From the NCBI GenBank assembly GCA_037379345.1, contig CM074512.1, forward strand, positions 67,167,597 to 67,231,596: DNA of 64,000 bases, in the 5' to 3' direction. Source of the DNA: Perna viridis (lineage: Eukaryota). A model generated the notes under the pieces. The model saw only the letters and a program-made list of their open reading frames with translations, was not told where the DNA came from and did not search any database. The position numbers were made by a program, and so were the translations under genes. This document shows, piece by piece, positions 53,696 through 64,000 of the stretch (the stretch's first letter is position 1; every line of letters starts with the position of its first letter).

Positions 53696-56600
53696 ATGGC
53701 AACTAGTATTCCACCATCTGCCAGAGTGTTAACACCTAGTAAAAGTGAAATACAGATATCCCATGATTCCACATCAAGTTTGAAATCTAAAGGGAGACAA
53801 CTACCTAAAGCACCTTCAACATCTGAAGAAGTACCAGTAACTAAAGGAACAATATTAGTTAGGCAACCATTGCCAAAGTATAGCTTCCAAACTTCAAAGA
53901 AAATTAAAAAATCAGAAAAATTAAACAATGACTCAAAGAAAAGTGATTGCCCGGACAATGCTCAGTTACCCGTAGGGACGGTGAAACCGGTAAGCAAGGT
54001 TGAACCTAGCATTAACCATAATGGAATATTAAAGGCTGATATGAAAACACCAACTGAGGCACCAAAGTTAGAAGTTGTTCTTAGAAACCCTTCTCCACTA
54101 GATTGGCCTGGTTCAGAGGGTGAGGTCAAAAGATTAAAAGATGAAGTTTTGAGGTTGAAAGGTGAATTGGATGTTCAGGTCAAGGTAAGGAGCTTTTATC
54201 CTTGATTTTGCTGTTCGATATTGATATTTAGGTGATTTTGCAATGATTGTTAAATCTAACTAACTCCCAATTATAGGTACTTTTATGACAATTATAAAAA
54301 AAAATCATTGGTATAATGCTTACACTTGACTATAGATCTGTTAAAAGAAGTTGCTTGAATTAAAATCAAGGTTTGTTTATAGGGCTAGTATTGGTATTTT
54401 TTAACTTTGAACTATTAAATGCAATTTATTTATAATGCATTTTTTAAAACTGTCAGGTTGCAAATACAAGTTCATGAAACAAATGGATATATTAGTACAG
54501 GTACATGTATTAGCCTGAAAATACAATTATATAACTTTATGACTGTATTATTTTAACTTTTTTAAGTGCCTATCTAGTTGAATGTGTTTGTGTTGTTTTT
54601 TAGGTTAATTCTGAGTTGAAGAAATTATTAGTAGCTTCAGTTGGAGATGATTTACACTCTAGAGTTGAAAGGCTTGCCAGGTAAGTATGATTATATGATC
54701 AGTAATTGGGATAAAAATTTAGAGAATGGGCAAAAGAACTAATTTTATTGGAAAAGTTTCTGCTGGAATGTGATTAACTGCAGCAATATCACCTCTCATC
54801 TCAATCACTTTTTGAGTAAAGGACATTTTGTTATTAGTTTTTATAAACCATTTATTATGATAGATCAAGGCACACTAATTAAACAGTCAATTAAATCAGA
54901 AATACATGTACATATTAGATGTATTAAAAATTTAAATATGATGTGTAGAAAATTGTCAACATTTGCTGATACTCCAATGTTCTCCCTAAGATTTACAGAA
55001 AGCATCCTGGTAACCCCTGAATTTCATTTTGGCATCTTGCATCTGCATTTTGTAAAAATTATAGCATCACATTTGTATTGGACCTTATGGAAGTTTTTTG
55101 TGATAGCATCCTGGTAAAAAAATATAGCATCAGGGCAGTGTGATGCTATATGGCTCTTCAGAAATCACTGACTGGGACATGAAGTTACATACCGGTACAT
55201 ACCGGTTTGTTCATTTAGATGCAGCTGTGTCTTTTTAAAAGACTTGGTGGCATCTATTCAGAATTTGTGCATCTAGTACATTCAGTAAATGTAAATTAGT
55301 ATGTACTTACAGTTTTTTGAGTCCTTAATACTTTCATTTGAAATATAATTTTGGAATAAATATATACATGTAATAATGGAGTACATGTATATTGTAAAAG
55401 CTCAACTGTTTCATCACAATATTATTCAGTGTACATGTATATAACAAGAAAGATGTGTATGGACATTAATGGAACTTATTGTTCTATAATTATAGAGACA
55501 GAGCAGAATTGACACAAGAGTTAGGATTTACAACTCAACAGAGATCTGAAGACTATGAGAATTTGGATGCTGTCTCTATACAAGCTGATATGTGGAGGAG
55601 TAAATACCTAGCAAGCAGGTATTTGTCATTACAATATATAGATAGAAATATTATACATCATTGAGCGTGAGGATGATACATTGGAATCACCTTGTCAATT
55701 GTTCTGTCTGTCTGTCGGAATTTATTTGGAATTTTCTATTCTACCAATGGATGGGTTGATTTCAAATTTGATATATGGCTTAATATACATGTAATCAATT
55801 TTGGTTGCTGTCTGATTATGACTTTCTGTTTCATGGAACCTATCCATTTTTCTGTGTATGGAATGATAGTTTTCTTGCAAAAATCTTAACTCCCACTTGT
55901 GGGATTGACTTCAAAAACTGTATGTGGCTTTTAATATATAGATGGATTGATGTTGTAAGCAATTTTGGTTGCTGTCAGATATCAGCTTCCTGTAATAGGG
56001 GGTATATCACAACAATGTGTGCCACTTCATGTTTCTTCAACCAATCAGGGCCAAGTTTTATAAAAAATCTAAGATGAATTCATCAAACCCTCATATTTTG
56101 TTATAAGAAAAAATTTGAACTTTGTGAATAGAGGGAAGAATAGGTAACAGTATGAATGATGATTGGTCTCCAGCAATAACAAGAAATTGCTGAATATACA
56201 TGTTGATGGTTGTACCAATATTTTCCAGAACCCATACAACAATAAAAAACACTGCTACTTACAAGTGTTAAGCTTTGATTTGTACAATGTATATTGTCTC
56301 TTATACTTAGCTTTGATGGACCCTTTATATTGTTAGTTAAGCTGTTTCAATCCTTTTTGATTTGACAAGTGATACATCGATGTTAAGGAAATGTTGATTA
56401 GACAATTCCCAGTGGTTGGGAAGGTCATTTTCAGGATTTTTCAAAGATATTTACAATCTGAAGGGGCCATCTGTTAAGAAACCATATAGTTTTATTATAG
56501 ATGATGGAGGCCATTTCTAGCCAGAAAGGGCAAATGGCCCATGGCTCCTTGCCTTCCAACTCCTGAATTCCCCTCCAACCATTTACAAAAATAAATAAAC

Positions 56601-58471
56601 AAAAAAAAACCAAAACAGTGCTGTCTAAATTTCAACAATACTGTTGAACTAAACAGAAAGGTTTTATCAATCACTATAAAAAAAATTTCATGAAGCCAAC
56701 TAAACTTTTTAAAAAAATGCCATGTTTAATCTTAGATTTGGTTACAAAACATAATGAAAACCAATAATTTCTTTATATTGTGTCATACTTTCAGAGTAAT
56801 GAGTGATGAGTTAGCTAGTGCTAAATCTTTCTTTGCTGTCCAGTACCAGGAATCCCAGAATGCATTAGAACAATTACTGGATGAAAGGCATGAACTTCGA
56901 ACAAACTTGGTGGAGTGCAATAGGTAACTACATGTACATGTATGGTGTCAAGATGTTTTTGATAAACATTATATAAAGATTTTATTTACTGATTATTTGA
57001 TTTAGGTTCAGAACTAACGCATAAATATCAGCAGTATTGTTATACAAGTTATAGAAAACATCTTTTAGTTTGGAAATCACCTTCTTTGGTACTCCGTCTT
57101 AATCTTTGAACTTTGGATTAATATTTCAAAGCATTTTAACTTTTATTTAATTAAATAGCATTTTCAGATTGAAAAAAAAATTAACGGTATTGACGTTTCA
57201 GATGCTTACAACAAATCAGAGCAGCCTTTGACCCTTTGAACTCTCAAAGAGTTATACCCCAGAATGGTAGTAATAACCTTGACCTTGCCACAAATAGTCA
57301 CAGTCTGGCTGAAAGTATCAAATATAGGTTGTTGCCTAGTAACATAACACCTGACATTACTGTTGCTATGGATGCCAGATTTGAGGATGCTTTTACCCAT
57401 GCAGAGGCACATGCTAATGAGGTGAGATAGAATTCAAAAGAGAAAATGATACAGAATGAAACTATGAAATAAACATGGATTGTTGTGTCATAATGAAAAG
57501 AGGAGAACTGAAACTTCATTATGGAGCTCACTTCTAGAAATTATAACCTCATTGCATTTTTTTTCTTGTCAAATTTGTGGCTATGTGAAAAAAAAAATAA
57601 CAAACAAAAAAAAAACATGGGTGATAAATTTATGTCAAGGTTGTATTTATGGCTGTCAGGTTAATGAAAAAAATTAGCATATCTTTTATTACAGTCAAAC
57701 TTCACTTGCTTGAACTCAGAGAGCTGGAACTCACTGGATTATTCAGACAAAATTCAAAGTAAAAAAATATTTTCCAATATAGTGAATATAAATATCCTTA
57801 GACTTGTGAAACTTTTCGAACTCTTGCACTGACTTGTTGGTCTGCATGGTAATATATCTTAAAAATAACCCTCGCTAGCATGAACTTGTCAGCCATTTAA
57901 TGATTAGGTAATTACAGGTTATTTTTTTTTTTGTTATCCCTAATCAGGTAGCTAACATAGTACTGATTGCAGTTCGAGAGTGCTCCATAGTGGGTATGAT
58001 AAAACCGTAAAAAAATTAAATGAAAATGAAATTATTGACCCAAGAACTGGACTTCTGAAAGTTCTTAAAAGTAAACAAAGCATTTTTAATGTCTACAAAT
58101 CAGCTTAAACTTCTTGAAGTGAATGAAAAATCTCCAGAAACTAAAAAACATAGTTAAGTAAGCAATTTTTAACAATAAAGTTTATTAACTTCAATTTCTC
58201 AAACTCCGGATAACTCAAGCACACATTTGAATGGTCCCTTGGAGTTCCAGCTACCAAGGTTTGACTGTATTTCCGTTTGTTATTTTCACTTGGTCTTTCA
58301 TTTTAGTTACTGTCACGCAGAGTAACATCGAATGACATAAGGACTCACCTACCAACAGCTGTATGCAACACAGGATCTTCAGTAGCGGCCAGATACCATC
58401 CTAAAACTAAGTTTGACAACCTGACCTTCAACTGCTGCCCTCATTGTAAAGGGGAGATTCATGCTCTGTAG
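53696..58471 (+). CDS. BLZF1: Golgin-45 (basic leucine zipper nuclear factor 1), 6 coding exons, 400 aa
   Basis: join(53696-54184,54604-54680,55496-55618,56795-56923,57202-57421,58307-58471), 1203 nt. VQVKVNSELKKLLVASVGDDL, SIQADMWRSKYLASRVMSDEL and C-terminal RYHPKTKFDNLTFNCCPHCKGEIHAL* match golgin-45. An upstream in-frame exon MDVNYTT (47375-47395) may extend the N-terminus. Confidence 0.94.
57692..58267. mobile_element. Tc1/mariner-type (pogo/Tigger-like) MITE
   Basis: TA|cagtcaaac ... gtttgactg|TA, with further gaactc/gagttc subterminal match. Confidence 0.75.
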
Positions 58472-58601
58472 CAAAAAGGAGATAACTGCTGAGTGGTTTA
58501 TAATCAACCATATATTTGTTGATATCATTTGAAGTGCAATAATATCATTGGATCGGATATAAAGAAAGCATTTTGGTTTTATGATGCTTTAAATTAAACT
58601 G

Positions 58602-58745
58602 TGTTCATTGAATTAAGGATCAAAGTTCAGAGATCATTGTTTATTGGATAAGGGATCAAGGTTGAGAGGTCATTGTTCATTGGATAAAGGATCAAAGGTT
58701 GGAGGTCATAGTTCATTAGGGAAAGGATCAAAGGTTTAAGGTTAT
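58602..58745. repeat. Degenerate ~36-bp tandem repeat x4 in BLZF1 3'UTR
   Basis: Unit approximately tgttcattggataagggatcaaggttgagaggtcat. Confidence 0.8.
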
Positions 58746-60100
58746 TGATGAATCCTTAAAAAATTTTAAAATTATTTTTCCTATATAAGTTCAATTGAAA
58801 TTGTGTCCTTCATATTTTGCTTAAATGGTACGATGCCAAAAATTTTTTTTATTAAATTATTCAGCATAATGGAGTTGGTTAGGTATATTGTGGATTTTAC
58901 AAATAGGTGTCTTAAATGTTTTATTTCAAAGTGCTTTGATTAAAGGCCATAATTAAAGATAGCATTAAACACAAACATTGTTTGTATGATTATGGTTTTT
59001 TTATATTTTCGTTGATATTCTACTATTAACTGATGCCTTGTAAGTGATTTAAATGTTTTATGTAGTTTAAATGTGTATTACATGTACTGTTTTATTATTT
59101 AGTTTCTGGTACAGATTTATGTGTTTATAAATTATGATTATATTTAAAATAGATATATTGTGTGCCATATAAGAATTAATTTTAAGAAAAGAAAGAGGAA
59201 AGACCTGTATCATTGTCATAGATTTATATTCTGCCTCTATATGATTTGTCACAAACAGTGTTTTATATTTTATATCTAGTTTTTTTTAAACTTACTGTGT
59301 AAAGTGTATATATAAATGCTACTGTTTAGCTACATACATACTAGAAATATTTATATAAATACATTACGTATATCTATTGTGTGATTACAGTGTGAATAAA
59401 TGTGTAGACTGAAGTTTAAGTCTTTTTAGCTCTAGTATACAATATACATTCAGCATTATTTTTTGTAATATGTGCAAGTAATAATTTTGAATATTAAACA
59501 AGAAGAAAACCAAAGACCTATGTAGAATAGTTAATTGGAGATCTTACAATTATGACATAGAAACGTGAAACTGCTATGACATTTTTTTGCAAGTGATTAA
59601 TTTTTGTGAGGACAAAAATGTTCCTAAATAAATCATTGACAGTATCTGACAAAAACGTTGTAAAAATAGATCATTGGTACATATCTGTTCTCCTTATCAC
59701 TTATTTAGGGCTATTCCAGAAAAAAAATGTCTCCGCAGGAAGAACAGTGTTTTTTCATTAATGTTATTTTTTTTTGGGGGGGGGGGGCCTAAGTCCTACC
59801 AAAGTCTTGTTGAGTCAAAATTGTTGGGACAACTTCTTGTTAAATTTGTCGTCCTTGAATGGCAAAATTTAACCATGTGAGTGATTCAGGCTCCTGTTTG
59901 TTACAAGACAAATGTATCACATCTTAATTTTAATGTGTTAGTAGTACCCTTATATATCATGGACGTTCAGCCCCAGGACACAGGTTTTTTATGGAAAAGT
60001 CCTTGCTTATCAATTGTCTTATCATGGAGTACATGTAGGTATTGAATTGGAAGTGGCATTAGCTGTATTACTTGTCTTATAAACTGATACTCTTTTTTAA

Positions 60101-60482
60101 GTGTCAGTCTTTGTAAGAATCAGGCAGTGGATGAAACATGGAAATAAAAAAAAAACACATCATTTTGATAGTGTAATTTGACTGTTTGCTTGATCAAAAT
60201 GAAGGGAAAGTGTTTTTCCATATATTGCTGCATTAAGATATAATTTCATTGAAATGCGGTGTAAATGAACATTTAAAGAGCAGATAACTTTGTCGAAAAC
60301 ATCATTTTTCTAACATTCTATTGAAAAATTTACGAGCTAATCCAATGATGCAGAGATCAAATAATAGTCTTTTCAAATAGAGAAAGCATCCTTGAGTGAA
60401 ATTATGTTGTCAAATTGGTTGGGTTTTGATATGCATGTATCTGATTTATCCCATTTTGCCTGATTCTTAAAAATACTTTCAC
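60101..60482. mobile_element. MITE with TTAA target duplication (Kolobok/piggyBac-type)
   Basis: ttaa|gtgtcagtctttgtaagaatcaggca ... tgcctgattcttaaaaatactttcac|ttaa. Related termini at ~35645, ~39625-39658 and ~52320-52351. Confidence 0.72.
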
Positions 60483-60771
60483 TTAAATATTCAACATTTT
60501 AGCAAATGTCTGTTCCTCAGTTAAAATCATATGGTATTCTGTAATTTTCATTTCAAGATACGCTGATTTTGCTATCATATGAAACACATGCCACATTGTG
60601 GTTTTTCAATGATTTCTCTGTATTGTCAGATTATACACTATTACTTACATATATATGTATTTTGCCATTCCTACTTTTTAGGTAAACAAATTCAATTTAT
60701 TGCAGATGTTTTAAAAGGCCTTGATTACTTGCAAATTCAGTCTAGTTAAAACTGTTCCATTCAGTCACTGC

Positions 60772-60941
60772 ATGTAGGATCTAACAACACTCAATTTTAC
60801 TTTCTATTCTGATGACCTTTTCAGAATCTTTGGGTTTTTCCCTTTGAATAATACTTCCAAAATCATGAAAGACTAATCTGATTGGCTGATCAGAAAGGTC
60901 ATCAGCACAGAAGAAGAATTTAGTGTTGTTAGGTCCTACAT
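60772..60941. mobile_element. Short foldback element / MITE with ~50-bp inverted arms
   Basis: atgtaggatctaacaacactcaatt...ctgatgacctttt pairs with aaaggtcatcag...aatttagtgttgttaggtcctacat. Confidence 0.7.
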
Positions 60942-61853
60942 CTTGTGAATTGCTTGGTCTTATTTTAATTCGATTGCTGCAGATTAAGATATAATTTGAA
61001 TATTTTCATAAGAATATGACTATTATTATCAAGGTAAAATGGTCATTTGGTGAAGTGTATCTCATTCATATCTTGTCTTGTTATCATTTGACTGTTTATA
61101 AATAAATTGTTGATCATTTTCTTTTATTTTCCTTTTACTTGTTCCGAAAATGAATGCAATTATGATAAGAACTTCTGAATTTACTTTAAATCTTGCTTGA
61201 AACCAGTAGCTAGCTACAGATCTTTGGGTTTATTCTTTTGTTATTTTATGTCCAATTCAATAGAGCATTTGTTCTCAGCTGCTGATATGTAGATCATGTC
61301 TATGACCAGTTGGATTTAGCACAGGAGCCTGAAATCTTATCAGTATATGCTGTAAATAGCTCTAAAACAAGTATATCTTATAATAAGGAGCATCTCTCCC
61401 ATGGAAGTATGATTTAGTGATATATGTACCAGTACATGGAACCTTACTTTTGTCCATTATATGCTGCTGTGTAAAGTAGAAACATTTCTCTCATATTGTG
61501 CAGTATAATATAAAATTCAAAAGGGGTGTTTCAGGAAGACAAGTGCTCCTTAGCCATTTATAGTTTGCAATTGAAATGCAAAAGTTTTTTCTTTGCAAAT
61601 GTTGATTTTAGCAGTTTGCCCATTAAAAGAATTGTAGATTAACCATTTTACAAATGACTAACATTCAAATAAAGCTTACCTAATCTTTAAATGGTCAGTT
61701 TAGAAGCAAACAATGTATCTGTGAGTTAAACAAATCAATTATCCAGCAGACATATTCTATTTGTCGCATCTGAGAGCTGTTATGGGGAAATCAGTATATT
61801 TAATCGAATGAATAGGCAGTCCTGCATTATCAAATATTTTGGAATAAGGTTAA

Positions 61854-62093
61854 GGGAGCAACCATTTGATTTCCAGGGGGGATTAAAATATGTCCTGGGA
61901 TTGTTTTTTCAGTAAAAATTCTGGCCTGACTTTTTATTTTTTATTCTATTCTGTTCTGATTTTTTTTCGAACCAGATCCTGATTTTTTTCTATCACTTGT
62001 TCATCCTGGATTTGTTTTAACCATGTATCATTGTCCTGCCCAATTATTTCAAATTTGATCATAGCCCCCTCTAAAAATCAAATGGTCTCTCCC
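61854..62093. mobile_element. PIF/Harbinger-type MITE
   Basis: TAA TSD (61851-61853, 62094-62096). TIRs gggagcaaccatttgatttccaggggg and ccccctctaaaaatcaaatggtctctccc. Confidence 0.8.
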
Positions 62094-63439
62094 TAACTGG
62101 GAGAAATTGCAATAAGAAATGCCAATTACAATACTTATAAAACCATGGATGATGGCAGATAACGGGTGATGGTTTGGGAATGACACACCTCCTGTTTCGT
62201 TGGAGAATTTGTAGAATTTTGTGCATATCTGTAAGTTAAACATGAGCAAATGATGGCCTAATTTCATTTTTTTTCTAAATTTCTGGGCTAGAACCACTCT
62301 GGATCTGTCCTGAACTATGAACCACACACTATTCAGACTATTAGTCCATATAAGCATGATGTCTACACAACATAATGAAACGGATTATCCGTACAAGCTT
62401 AGATGCACAAGAAGTTTGGTTGATTATATAGTTAAGACTGAAAATCAATAGAGTGCACCCTGGCCCCTTTAAGCCAGTAATGTTCCTTCTGGATCCAACC
62501 CTGACAAATCTCTTGATTCAGAAGGAACTTTTTCTCATGTATAAAAATACAAAGCCCCTTCCCCCTTTTTTGAAGTCAACAGAGCTCCCTGAAAAGAAAT
62601 AATACAATGCCATGGCAACAGACTTTAAATACAATTCATAGTTTTTATTTTACAAAAAAAAAACTGTACTTTGGTGTGCACGAGACAGTGGACTTGATTT
62701 CAGGTTCACTCTTGCCCCCCCCCCCCCCCAAAAAAAAAAAAATTATTTGTGTAATCCGTACCCGTACCAAATTTCTCGTAGTCTTAGCCCGGCCTTACTT
62801 TCGCGGGAAAATGTAACAGCCGAAGAGAAGTCTGGTAACCCGCACGCGTTTCTTCAAGTTATAGGTATTGACAAAGTATTTTGTACTTCGCTAATTACAT
62901 TATTTGTCGATTTAGAATTGTAGGAATAGAGAGTTAATGAATTACACCCTGTTTAGTTGAAATTTCAGGCTACAAATCAGCCTCATCACTGCACCAATCA
63001 CATGAATCGGAATAATTATGCCGTCTTTTTATTTTGTCTGGTCGGCTCAGTGAGGCATAAACGTCAGATTTATAGCGAGCTAGATCTATATTTTTATTTT
63101 GAAAATCTGCTTTGTTTATTAATGGCAGAAATTTTTTTCAATGAATGAGTTAAAAAATGTTTTTCCGAAATCCCAGACCCAACCCCCTTTCCCCTTGCTT
63201 TCAAAATGGTTGATAACTGTAGCACCTGCATATTTTACAATTTTTAACCCTGAAGAGCATCTCAAGCAACACCCTTTTAAGTTTCAGCAGGTCAGTTTTA
63301 TTTATACAGATACAGATACCGGTAATATAACACTACCAGCGAGTTCTCCACGGATGGTGGGAATCGGGTCAGGGAGAAACACTAATTGATATATCTCAAC
63401 GCAATTTTTTTTATATGTAGGATAAAAACAGACTATTTT

Positions 63440-64000
63440 TTACATGAACAAATGTGATTTAGCACCAGCTTTGAATGAGTCTAGGTCTGGACTAGTTGCC
63501 ACCTGATATGGTACGGAATTCCACAACTTTAATGAACAGGGGAAAATTGAGTTTGAATGATAATTTGTAGGAGAGAATGGCTGTAAAAATTTCTGTTCTC
63601 GTGTTGGTACTAAACAGTTAGGTGGTACAATGATATTTACAAGTCGGTGTGTGATTTCATAAATCATGATGACAGATGTTAGGTCATGTCTTTGCTGTAG
63701 TGTTGACCATTTCAGTTGTGTAAGCATGGCACTTGTGCTTCTTTGATAGTCGTACTGATGTAAAGTGTACCTTGCAGCTCTTCTTTGTATCATTTCTAAT
63801 TTTTGGGTAAGTTGGTTTTGCTAGGAGTTCCAAATAATGCTGCAATATTTAAGTTTTGGTCTTAAGTCATTTTGTATGCTGGTTCCTTTGTTTTGATGCT
63901 GTTATTTCTGATGTTACATTTGATGAAGTCTAAAGTGGAGTTTGCCATATTTGAGATTGTGTTAATATGGCTGTTTCATGTGAGATCTTTTGTTAATGTT
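63440..64000 (-). mobile_element. CR1-like LINE ORF2 3' end, decayed, continues beyond window
   Basis: LEMIQRRAARY...SAMLTQLKWSTLQQR...NSIFPCSLKLWNSVP...DLDSFK, a typical CR1-clade C-terminus. Stops and frameshifts upstream. Confidence 0.85.

Noticed and set aside
60805-60905. Hammerhead ribozyme or C/D snoRNA suggested by CTGATGA ... GAAA
   Set aside because: The CTGATGA is part of the inverted arm. No stem II closing before GAAA and no stem I/III or terminal C/D arrangement can be drawn.

Overview
AT-rich, intron-rich animal DNA. The repeat families (Helentron/HINE modules, tRNA-derived SINEs, Penelope-like 3' ends) look like those of a bivalve mollusc, most like a mytilid mussel; this is an inference. 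Three complete spliced genes can be assembled by hand with GT-AG introns and consistent phases. They are DDX3/PL10 (+, 18 exons, 8361-27955, ~807 aa, with an expanded RGG/YN-rich N-terminus and probably a ~6 kb 3'UTR), NME7 (-, 9 exons, 47037-38434, 376 aa) and BLZF1/golgin-45 (+, 6 coding exons, 53696-58471, 400 aa). NME7 and BLZF1 are head-to-head on a ~100 bp bidirectional promoter, the same arrangement as in human. A fourth gene may run off the left edge on the minus strand. The rest is a dense, often nested set of transposable elements. The most unusual observations are: (1) an HDV-like nested double-pseudoknot ribozyme fold 12 nt downstream of the poly(A) signal of a Mutator (MULE) transposase gene, inside a DNA transposon; (2) a 471-bp TRIM whose two LTRs each carry a tRNA-derived Pol III promoter; (3) the conserved NME7-BLZF1 divergent pair; (4) structured RNA candidates in two non-autonomous retroelements. 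All structures were paired by eye and no searches were run.
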